Of a DNA stretch of 32,000 bases, positions 10,501-18,550 are shown in pieces. Position numbers and translations under genes: made by a program. Positions within the stretch are counted from its first letter, which is position 1, and each line of letters begins with the position of its first letter. A model generated the notes under the pieces. That model did not search any database, was not told where the DNA came from, and saw nothing but the letters and a program-made list of their open reading frames with translations. This DNA comes from Promethearchaeum syntrophicum (GTDB lineage: Archaea > Asgardarchaeota > Lokiarchaeia > Sigyniarchaeales > Promethearchaeaceae), in contig NZ_CP042905.2 in the NCBI RefSeq assembly GCF_008000775.2, positions 4,170,001 through 4,202,000 of the forward strand, given 5' to 3'.

Positions 10501-10974
10501 GATTATGGCGGTCGGGAAACTCTTTATAACGGAGTCACCGGCAAAAAATATGACGTTGCAATCTATTTTGCTTGTGTCTATTATCAAAAATTACACCATC
10601 TTGTTGCAGATAAGATTCATGCTCGTGCACGCGGTCCAGTTCAGATTTTAACACGTCAACCAACCGAAGGTCGAGCCCGTGAAGGAGGATTAAGGTTCGG
10701 AGAAATGGAACGGGATTGTCTAGTCGGCCATGGTTCGGCAGTTTTACTCAAAGAAAGATTATTAGATGAATCAGATCGAACCCAAATATTAATCTGTGAG
10801 AAATGTGGACTTTTGGGTATATATGATAGAAATAGAGATAGAACTTACTGCCCAATTTGTGGAGAAAAATCATTAATCTCTTCCGTTACATGTTCTTATG
10901 CTTTTAAATTACTATTACAAGAAATGATGTCATTAGGATTAGCACCGAGATTGATTTTGAAAGATCGGGCTTAA
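7588..10974 (+). CDS. rpoB: DNA-directed RNA polymerase subunit B, unsplit
   Basis: 1128 aa full-length; [51 protein letters not shown]; C-terminal zinc-binding CEKCG...CPICG; no intein-like insertion seen. Confidence 0.98.
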   Translation: [1128 protein letters not shown]

Positions 10975-11302
10975 TTCCTTTTTTCTACTTATTCTATTAC
11001 TATTTGTTAGCTCAATTTACTTTGTTTTTTAAGAATGACGTATTAACCAAAACGTCGTGAATAATATATGAATGATGTAAAAAAAAAACATAAATTACCA
11101 AAATATGTGTTTTGTAAGACTAATTGCTTGATTAAGATCAGGTATATTAACAGAATTATTATCCTTCATAAATGAAATATAAATTTACTTGTTTTTAAAT
11201 GGGAGAGGGAATCTGTCAGACAGAATCAATATTAATGTAATATTTATATATAACCTAAAAAATTTAATTCTACAATTTCATGATAAGGATTGTTGATTTT
11301 TT

Positions 11303-11791
11303 ATGGATGAAGAAAAAAAGAAAAAGAATATTGTGAAAGAAATTTCAAAAGGGGTTAACGTAGCGAAAAAAGTTAAAAAAGGAGTTATAATGGGGTTAAA
11401 GGCAATAGATACGGTTGCACCGGGAACACTTGAAGCAGTGGGGAACACTTTAGAAAGCGTCCAGGATAATTTTGAAAAGCATATTGGGAATCAGATAGAA
11501 CAACATATAGATACCTTTCAAAGTAAGTTAGATGAAAAATACGGAGATACTATCGAAGAGAAAATTGATGATGTTGATGGGGCAATTCGATCAAAGATGG
11601 GGAATTTTGAGGATAAATTTTCAGATACGCTGGAAAATTTAGACAAAAACGTTATTACTCCTTTAAAAAACAAAGCGGTCCCTGTAATAAAAAGAGTAAA
11701 GGAAAAATCTGCAGAAATTATGAAATCAACAAAAGAAACGATTGAGAAGAGAAAAGAGATCGCGAAAGAAAAGAAAGCAGAAGAAGTTTAA
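11303..11791 (+). CDS. Amphipathic/coiled-coil rich hypothetical protein
   Basis: 162 aa, Lys/Glu-rich with heptad-like patterns (TLESVQDNFEKHIGNQIEQHIDTFQSKLDEKYGDTIEEKIDDVDGAIRSKMG...), no recognised catalytic motif. Confidence 0.75.
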   Translation: MDEEKKKKNIVKEISKGVNVAKKVKKGVIMGLKAIDTVAPGTLEAVGNTLESVQDNFEKHIGNQIEQHIDTFQSKLDEKYGDTIEEKIDDVDGAIRSKMGNFEDKFSDTLENLDKNVITPLKNKAVPVIKRVKEKSAEIMKSTKETIEKRKEIAKEKKAEEV

Positions 11792-11814
11792 TAGAAAGAT
11801 TTTTTATTAATATT

Positions 11815-12027
11815 ATGGTTGAAAATAAAGAGCCACAGACAGCTAGAAATGTTTATGGCATTTTAGCAACGATCTGTTTATTAGCATTTTTATTTCAATG
11901 TATCTATATGTTTCTCCAATGGGGAGATATTGAAGAAGGAGGCTCTCAAGAGTTAGAGTATTTAACGATGTTTATAGGAATTGCAGGGATGTTTTTTCTA
12001 GTTCTAAACCGTACAAGTCATAATTAA
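11815..12027 (+). CDS. Small predicted 2-TM membrane protein
   Basis: 70 aa; two hydrophobic segments (YGILATICLLAFLFQCIYMFLQW; LTMFIGIAGMFFLVL); 23 bp after the preceding CDS. Confidence 0.6.
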   Translation: MVENKEPQTARNVYGILATICLLAFLFQCIYMFLQWGDIEEGGSQELEYLTMFIGIAGMFFLVLNRTSHN

Positions 12028-12554
12028 AATATAATTTGCTTTTCTGTTTTAATATCAGCAGCCCAACCATCAAGTAAGAAATTATGATGTTTAATGATTT
12101 CTGCAGCCTTCAATACTGGTGAATCAAAAGTAGTATGCCCATCTTTTACCAGAATAACATTATATTCTAAATCTGATGCCTGACGACATGTTGTATCAAC
12201 ACACATCTCAGTTTGAATCCCACAGAGAATTATATTATGGACACCTAAATTATCCAAGGTCTGCTTTAATTCAGTTTTATAGAACGCATTTGGTCGGGTT
12301 TTTGAAATTACAATATCTTCTGCTAAAGGAGCAATTCGCTGATGGACTTTGAAACCTTCAGTTGTAGGATCCAAAGAATCTCCTGCATCTCCTTTATGTT
12401 GAATATATATTATAGGGATATCATCATAACGCGCTTTTTTAATTAGACACTCCAATGTATCCAAAAGTTCGTTCCCATTATACAGAGGATAATTAGGATC
12501 GGTAAACATGCCAATTTGAACGTCTATAATCATGAGAGCAGTATTTTTTTCCAT
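12024..12554 (-). CDS. Isochorismatase-family cysteine hydrolase
   Basis: ALMIIDVQIGMF, ...KTRPNAFYKTELKQTL, HNIILCGIQTEMCVDTTCRQASDL: catalytic D/K/C arrangement. Confidence 0.93.
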   Translation of the reverse strand: MEKNTALMIIDVQIGMFTDPNYPLYNGNELLDTLECLIKKARYDDIPIIYIQHKGDAGDSLDPTTEGFKVHQRIAPLAEDIVISKTRPNAFYKTELKQTLDNLGVHNIILCGIQTEMCVDTTCRQASDLEYNVILVKDGHTTFDSPVLKAAEIIKHHNFLLDGWAADIKTEKQIIF

Positions 12555-12658
12555 AGAACACTTTGAGATACACCTTATTTAAAGATCTGGATTAACTCTA
12601 ATAATAAATTTCGAAAATTAATATTACGGTTTTTTTATGATTTTTCATTGTATTGATC

Positions 12659-13468
12659 ATGAATGAAAGAAAAGATTTCATTAATAATGAGAAAATTATC
12701 TCCGATGCTTTGGATTTATCTATCATATTGGTTAATGTAGAATCATCAGGAAATGTTGGATCCGTAGCACGGGTAATGAAAAATTTCGGATTTCACAAAT
12801 TAATCTTATTTAATCCCAAAGAAGAGCCAAAAAGTAAATATGCTTATGGATTTGCAATGCATGCCCAAGAAATTCTAGAAAATGCCCAAGTTATTTATAC
12901 TGATAATCAAGAAGGACCCGAAGGTTTAAAATTTCTCCTTCAAAAATTTGATTTGGTAATAGGAACGAGTGCAAAAGGAATAGTTAGAAAAAATCTTAAA
13001 AGAATCCCTATTTTTCTGAACGAATTGGATTTTTCATTATTCACGAAAAAATCTAAGGTAGCTCTGGTTTTTGGTAGGGAATCTACAGGTCTTACAAATA
13101 ATGAAATCCAATTAATGGATTTTTTACTAAGAATTCCTGCAGATTATGATTATCCTACGCTTAATATTTCCCAAGCAGTGGGAATTATCTTATATTCGTT
13201 CTACTTAAAATCTCATCAAATAGGCCGACAGGAAATTTCGCTAGCAACTAAAGGAAAGCGTGATTTGTTGCTTAAACATATCAATGATACAATTAATTAT
13301 ATACCGATGCAGAAATTCAGAACTGAACGAACCCTTCAATCATTTAAAAATTTTTTAGGACGCGCTTTTCTCTCTGAAAAAGAATCATCCTATTTACTGC
13401 ATTTCTTCCAAAAAGTAAACCTTGCAATAGAAAATCCATCATTATTTAAAAAGAACATAAAAAAGTAA
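12659..13468 (+). CDS. SpoU/TrmH (TrmJ-like) RNA 2'-O-methyltransferase
   Basis: VNVESSGNVGSVARVMKNFGFHKLILFNP...; VALVFGRESTGLTNNEI; LNISQAVGIILYSFY. The track start is TTG 12653; ATG 12659 preferred. Confidence 0.9.
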   Translation: MNERKDFINNEKIISDALDLSIILVNVESSGNVGSVARVMKNFGFHKLILFNPKEEPKSKYAYGFAMHAQEILENAQVIYTDNQEGPEGLKFLLQKFDLVIGTSAKGIVRKNLKRIPIFLNELDFSLFTKKSKVALVFGRESTGLTNNEIQLMDFLLRIPADYDYPTLNISQAVGIILYSFYLKSHQIGRQEISLATKGKRDLLLKHINDTINYIPMQKFRTERTLQSFKNFLGRAFLSEKESSYLLHFFQKVNLAIENPSLFKKNIKK

Positions 13469-13475
13469 AAAAAAA

Positions 13476-13925
13476 TTAGGTATATGTCATCGCACCGATG
13501 AAATCTAACTCTGGAAGTAGTGTATATAATAAATACAACAGAAAGAGCGCGATTAAAGCGATCCAAGTTGCATCTTTCCAATCAACTCCAGCAAGAAATT
13601 TCAAAATTAACAAAAATAAAAGGAATATTATAATGGGAACTAAAGCGGTGACATAATTTTGATTTACATTTTGTCCTGGTATAAGATTTCTTAACCAGAG
13701 CAATCCTTCACCTGGCCAACTAATAACGGTTCCAATTACTCCAGATACTAGTGGGATAAGCACCACCATAATCAATGCAACAATTAACAATGTGAATTTT
13801 TTTCTCGATGCAAAATCTTTTGTCACAATAACCCGAGTTGCTAGCCATAACATCAACCAAAGAAATATTGTAGCAATTAGCACGTATAATATAACCCATG
13901 GATCAAAACTTCCTTGTAAGATCAT
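13476..13925 (-). CDS. Predicted polytopic membrane protein, unknown function
   Basis: 149 aa with four or so hydrophobic helices. Confidence 0.7.
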   Translation of the reverse strand: MILQGSFDPWVILYVLIATIFLWLMLWLATRVIVTKDFASRKKFTLLIVALIMVVLIPLVSGVIGTVISWPGEGLLWLRNLIPGQNVNQNYVTALVPIIIFLLFLLILKFLAGVDWKDATWIALIALFLLYLLYTLLPELDFIGAMTYT

Positions 13926-14241
13926 AATTATATTTTTATTTCTCCGTTTAAATAATTTCAGATTATGGATTTAAAAAGAAAATTTTAAAAAAATACTTTT
14001 TTTCATGAGGCTTAGGTTCTTTAGAAGAATTTTGAGTTTTATCCTTCCTTCAGCATTTTGAATAATTTTTGGTTTCTTAGTCTTGAATATTTGGACAAAG
14101 ATCCGGAAAAAAGTAGAGCTTTTTTTCGTATATCTTAATCAAGATAAAATTATTTCATACCTTTAAAAAAGACACTCTTTTAGATTTTAAATATTTCAAA
14201 GGAGAAGGAATAAAAGAAAGAATTTGAGCAAATTATAAAAC

Positions 14242-14502
14242 TTACCATAACCCACCGGCAATTAAAATCATATGCAATCCTAAACCTAAGCATATTGAAG
14301 CCAAAATGATGATAATTGTGGTAAATTTAATGCTATCTCGCTCCGGTCGTTTATATTCTGTAAAAAATACTAATAAAAAGACAAAGATTATACCTATTAT
14401 TATAAGAATTACTCCCCAAGCTTCAATGGGATCTAGGTTGATGAAAAAATTCTTAATACTGGTGCCGAATTTTTCAAATGCGTTCTGTAATAACATATTC
14501 AT
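14242..14502 (-). CDS. Small predicted 2-TM membrane protein
   Basis: 86 aa; two hydrophobic segments separated by TEYKRPERDS. Confidence 0.65.
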   Translation of the reverse strand: MNMLLQNAFEKFGTSIKNFFINLDPIEAWGVILIIIGIIFVFLLVFFTEYKRPERDSIKFTTIIIILASICLGLGLHMILIAGGLW

Positions 14503-14563
14503 CTATAAAAAATGCTTGAAATTTAAAAAGTTTATAGAACAAAAAATGAAAATGAAAAAAAAA

Positions 14564-14902
14564 TTATTTGGATAAGGTATCTAAAGCATCATAAACATTT
14601 TTCATATACATTAGGGAAGGTCCACCACCTAAAACAACCGCCACCTGGGCAGCTTCGATAATTTCTGCTTTCGTTGCTCCGAGATCTAATGCATTTTTAA
14701 CATGCCAAGGAATACACCTTTCACATTGGGCTTTTACTGAAACAGCCAGCCCAATTATTTCTTTCATTTTTGATGATAGGGCACCATCTTTTTTCGTAGC
14801 TTTCAAAAAACTTTGAAATGAATTCATCCATGATGGATCTTCTTTTCCAACCCGTTGCATTAAATTTTGAATATCTCCTAATTTTTCCATAGTATCTTGC
14901 AT
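14564..14902 (-). CDS. Carboxymuconolactone decarboxylase/AhpD-like protein
   Basis: KEIIGLAVSVKAQCERCIPWHVKNALDLGATKAEIIEAAQVAVVLGGGPSLMYM: CxxC...H CMD motif. Confidence 0.92.
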   Translation of the reverse strand: MQDTMEKLGDIQNLMQRVGKEDPSWMNSFQSFLKATKKDGALSSKMKEIIGLAVSVKAQCERCIPWHVKNALDLGATKAEIIEAAQVAVVLGGGPSLMYMKNVYDALDTLSK

Positions 14903-15024
14903 AGATTCATAAAAAGAAGGTGTTCTAAAAATTGCTGTTATTATATATAATAACGTTTTAAATGGTAAAGCAAGAAAAAAATAAGAATTCCATGGGTTTT
15001 TGATAGTATAAATATTTCAGTTTT

Positions 15025-15837
15025 TTATACTCTGAAATTAATGGAATTCTTATAATCGGTTGAATCTATAGTTGCAACCCTATTGAGTTTCCCTTCTCGT
15101 AGTGTATTGAGTCGATATTTACGGGAAGATAATCCTTCCTTTTTTTCTGGGAAAATTAAAGATGTAATTTCATAGGTATTTTGAATTGTAATAGATTTCC
15201 ATTTATTTGGAATTTCATCCACAAAATCTTTTGCAAAAGTATCAATTATAGTTTTCACAACTTCAGGGGTTTTCCGCATTTTCAAGATGCAAAATTTCAA
15301 TTTAGAGCCTAAAGAAGAATCATCAGGATTTTTCGAATCAGGTCGTGGAGGTTTTTTTTTAATTTTTAAAGTCATCTTTTGATCTGCTGAAGTAAAGCTT
15401 AGAAGGGAATAAACATAAGGAGTCCCCCTAACAGAAAGAGTTTGAAGTAATTCTTTATCAACAGAAATGGGTGTTTTTATTGTAGCGGTATAATTAACAG
15501 TTTTTCCTTTAGATTTTGTCGGATAAAATTCCTTTCCTAATCCAATTTTCTGAATAAGAGGAGTAAAATCCATTGCACCTAATATTGCACCTGTAACATT
15601 TAATTTTTCATCTGGAATTGAATCCACTGCAATTCTAAAAACAGCATCTTCATATTCATGGGAACACCAGATTGTAATTTTTTCTGAAGTTTGAGAAAAT
15701 TTCACTACTGGTCCCCCAAATTGACCCTTGGAATATCGCGTAAAATGTTTATGTACATCAGGCGCTCCTTTAACAGGATCATCTATCATTGGATTATCCA
15801 ATATTTTTCCTAAATAATGTTCCATTTTTACATTCAC
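15025..15837 (-). CDS. Hypothetical soluble protein, no recognised family
   Basis: 270 aa continuous ORF with typical composition and predicted beta-rich stretches; no motif recognised. Confidence 0.7.
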   Translation of the reverse strand: MNVKMEHYLGKILDNPMIDDPVKGAPDVHKHFTRYSKGQFGGPVVKFSQTSEKITIWCSHEYEDAVFRIAVDSIPDEKLNVTGAILGAMDFTPLIQKIGLGKEFYPTKSKGKTVNYTATIKTPISVDKELLQTLSVRGTPYVYSLLSFTSADQKMTLKIKKKPPRPDSKNPDDSSLGSKLKFCILKMRKTPEVVKTIIDTFAKDFVDEIPNKWKSITIQNTYEITSLIFPEKKEGLSSRKYRLNTLREGKLNRVATIDSTDYKNSINFRV

Positions 15838-15997
15838 ATATTTTGAAGTATGTTTCGTTAAATGTTTTTTCGCCTAAAGTTTTTATCCAAAAAAATTTTT
15901 AAATAGGGTTATTTGTGCGTAATTATATATTTGCGGAAAATTTTTTACCTATCTAATATTTATTTTCTTACTATTTTTCGAACGAGGCGGCTTTAAT

Positions 15998-16510
15998 ATT
16001 TCTCAAAATGAAATCGATTCTACTCTAAAAAAAGTTATTTTGGATTTTGGTGGCAAGGAAGCTATTGTTATTTCTAAAATTCTTCTAAATACTCCAAATG
16101 AAGATTTAACTGATGAAAGAATTGCTGAATTATCGGGCGTGAAATTAAATATTGTCCGAAAAATTCTATATATTCTAAATGAAAATAAATTAACCGAATT
16201 TCAACGCGTTCGAGATAAAAGATCAGGGTGGTATATCTATTACTGGACAGAAACTTTTGGTAACCTCCCAAATTTATTATCTGAACGTAAAGATGCGGTT
16301 GCAGAGAAATTAGATATTCGAATGAAATTTGAAGCGGAAAATTTCTTTTTTATTTGCAATAATGGGTGCGCTGGTCGATTTATTTTTATTGACGCAATGG
16401 ATTTAAATTTTAATTGCCCAAATTGTGATGGGGGAATTTTAAGTGAGGAAAGAAATAAAAAAAAAGTGAGTTTTCTCAAAGATACCATCATCAAACTAAG
16501 AAACGAATAG
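15998..16510 (+). CDS. tfe: Transcription initiation factor E alpha-like (TFE), winged helix + zinc ribbon
   Basis: LTDERIAELSGVKLNIVRKILYILNENKLTEFQRVRDKRSGWYIYYW and C..C...C..C ribbon (CNNGC...FNCPNC). The track start is TTG 16040; homologous sequence continues upstream in frame to an ATT at 15998 behind gaggcgg. Confidence 0.88.
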   Translation: MSQNEIDSTLKKVILDFGGKEAIVISKILLNTPNEDLTDERIAELSGVKLNIVRKILYILNENKLTEFQRVRDKRSGWYIYYWTETFGNLPNLLSERKDAVAEKLDIRMKFEAENFFFICNNGCAGRFIFIDAMDLNFNCPNCDGGILSEERNKKKVSFLKDTIIKLRNE

Positions 16511-16651
16511 TTAGGGCAACAATTAAAATCTATAAATTTTTCTTACTTTAATTTTAAATAGGAAGTTACGAGAACTTGAATACAAGCTCTTTTGCAAAAG
16601 ATTTAATATTTAAAATTTCGTATAACTATTAGAATACGGAGGGATTTAATT

Positions 16652-16969
16652 ATGGCAGATGAAAACTTTGTAGTTAAAATTAACACCGCGCTTAGTAATA
16701 AACCATTTTTCGTCAAAATCACTGATCCAAATATGACGATCTCCAGAATCTTCTCTGAAGCAATTTCCACTCTTAGAAATACTGGTAGACCATTAGAAAG
16801 TGATCAACTCAATCAGCTCTTTGAGCATCATCAGATTTTTAACAGTGGAAAAACGGTGCAAAAAGGAGAATTATTCAAAGATTTATCGAAAACAACCCAA
16901 AGTGTTAATGAACAAAATGTTACTTTGGTTGAATTGGATTTGGTTTCTAGTCATTCTGGTGGAAGCTAA
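16652..16969 (+). CDS. Small beta-grasp / ubiquitin-like protein candidate with C-terminal GG-S
   Basis: 105 aa: FVVKINTALSNKPFFVKITDPNMTISRIFSEAISTLRNTG...HHQIFNSGKTVQKGELFKDL...NVTLVELDLVSSHSGGS. Ubiquitin-like order of strand/strand/helix/IFxxGK/terminal strand/GG; ggaggg RBS upstream. Confidence 0.7.
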   Translation: MADENFVVKINTALSNKPFFVKITDPNMTISRIFSEAISTLRNTGRPLESDQLNQLFEHHQIFNSGKTVQKGELFKDLSKTTQSVNEQNVTLVELDLVSSHSGGS

Positions 16970-17062
16970 ACAATACCATTAAAATAAAATTTTTTTTTCT
17001 AATTCTTAAAATTGCTCAATTTTTTTAGCTTATTTAAATTATTAATAGGTGGAGGCTTAATT

Positions 17063-17503
17063 ATGTCACATCCCAAAGTTAAAATGGAAACTACAAAGGG
17101 TACTTTAATAATTGAATTATACCCAGAACATGCACCAGGCACTGTTGCCAATTTCTTAAAATTGATCAATTCACAGTTTTACGATGGTCTCACCTTTCAT
17201 AGAGTGATTCCGGAATTTGTAATTCAAGGTGGATGCCCTAAAGGAACCGGATCAGGGGGACCTGGTTGGAAAATTAAATGCGAAACAAAAGGAAATCCAT
17301 TGATTCATAAACCTGGGGCACTTTCAATGGCACATGCAGGAAAAGATACAGGAGGAAGTCAATTTTTCATTGTTCTTACTCGGGAACACACTTCTCATCT
17401 TGACGGTGCACATACAGTTTTTGGACAGGTTGTTGATGGTCTAAATTTAATCACATCTTTTGTGAAAGGGGACCGGATGACCAAAGTTACTCAAATTGAA
17501 TGA
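17063..17503 (+). CDS. Cyclophilin-type peptidyl-prolyl cis-trans isomerase
   Basis: [26 protein letters not shown]...[35 protein letters not shown]...[18 protein letters not shown]...[17 protein letters not shown] 17063 with ggagg at 17051-17055 is preferred over the track start at 17012. Confidence 0.96.
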   Translation: MSHPKVKMETTKGTLIIELYPEHAPGTVANFLKLINSQFYDGLTFHRVIPEFVIQGGCPKGTGSGGPGWKIKCETKGNPLIHKPGALSMAHAGKDTGGSQFFIVLTREHTSHLDGAHTVFGQVVDGLNLITSFVKGDRMTKVTQIE

Positions 17504-17572
17504 TTTTACATTCTCTTTTTTGGAGATTTTTTTTTTTTAATCCTTCTACGATTCATCTGAAGGGAAAGAAAA

Positions 17573-18466
17573 ATGGCACAAATATTTAGAGCTGCAAATT
17601 TCGTAAGGGAACTTGAACCCGAAGATTTTCGAGTTTTAGTAGGCATTGAACTTGGACAACGAAGATTTTCTCATGTTCCTATTGATCAAATAAGCTTTTA
17701 TTGCCGTTATCCTCGCCCCGAAACACAATTCCGCTTAGATAAACTCCACAAATTAGGTTTATTACAGCGAAGTTCGCAATTAGGATACATAGGTTACCAA
17801 TTAATCTTCGAATCCTATGATATTCTCGCGCTCCATGCATTAGGAGAAAAAGAAATAATAAAAGGTGTAGGATCCCCTATCGGAAAGGGAAAAGAATCAG
17901 ATGTATATTTTGGTCAGAGTATTGATGGAAATGAAATTGCTTTAAAATTCCATAGAATTGGTAGAACAAGCTTTAGAAAAGTTAGAAAACTCCGCAATTA
18001 TGTAAAAAATCGAAAACATATCTCCTGGCTATATATTAGTAGGCTGTCAGCAGAGAGTGAATTCGCTGCTTTGCAAAGAATTCAACCTTTGAAACTGAAT
18101 ACTCCTGCACCCTTTGCTCAAAATCGACATGTTGTTGCAATGGGATTAATTGATGGGCAAGAATTAAGCACTATTCCACAGCTAGAAAACCCAAAAGAAG
18201 TATTAGATGAAATTTTAATGCAGGTTGAGCGCTTTTTCCTCGAAGCTGGAATGATTCATTGTGATCTTTGTGAATTTAATATATTAATCAATCCTGATAA
18301 TGAAATTCGAATTATAGATTGGCCACAATGGGAAGAGTCCACCCATCCCAATGCTCTATCATACCTAAAAAGAGATTTGGAAAATATTCAAATCTTTTTT
18401 ACTAAGCATTATGGTACCACCTTTGAAATTGATGAGGTGCTACGTACTTGTAAATTAATTGATTAG
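17573..18466 (+). CDS. rio2: RIO2-type atypical serine/threonine protein kinase
   Basis: N-terminal winged helix; GSPIGKGKESDVYFG; MIHCDLCEFNILINPDNEIRIIDWPQW catalytic and metal-binding loops. Confidence 0.95.
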   Translation: MAQIFRAANFVRELEPEDFRVLVGIELGQRRFSHVPIDQISFYCRYPRPETQFRLDKLHKLGLLQRSSQLGYIGYQLIFESYDILALHALGEKEIIKGVGSPIGKGKESDVYFGQSIDGNEIALKFHRIGRTSFRKVRKLRNYVKNRKHISWLYISRLSAESEFAALQRIQPLKLNTPAPFAQNRHVVAMGLIDGQELSTIPQLENPKEVLDEILMQVERFFLEAGMIHCDLCEFNILINPDNEIRIIDWPQWEESTHPNALSYLKRDLENIQIFFTKHYGTTFEIDEVLRTCKLID

Positions 18467-18550
18467 ATGATGAGATTTTATATATCCATTTTAATTAATT
18501 TTAAAATGTTTTAGTTATTTTTAGAATATTTAAGTTTTGATTAAAATATG

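Noticed and set aside
11035-11056. gacgt...acgtc short inverted repeat downstream of rpoB
   Set aside because: Only 5-bp arms with a 10-nt loop and no following U-tract; too weak for a terminator or structured RNA call.
16074-16982. ORFs 16074..16271 (-), 16240..16494 (-) and 16800..16982 (+)
   Set aside because: Shadows of TFE and of the ubiquitin-like ORF.
18470-18480. GATGATGA resembling a C/D-box sRNA C box after RIO2
   Set aside because: No paired D box (CTGA) or D'/C' arrangement was found at proper spacing; likely chance.
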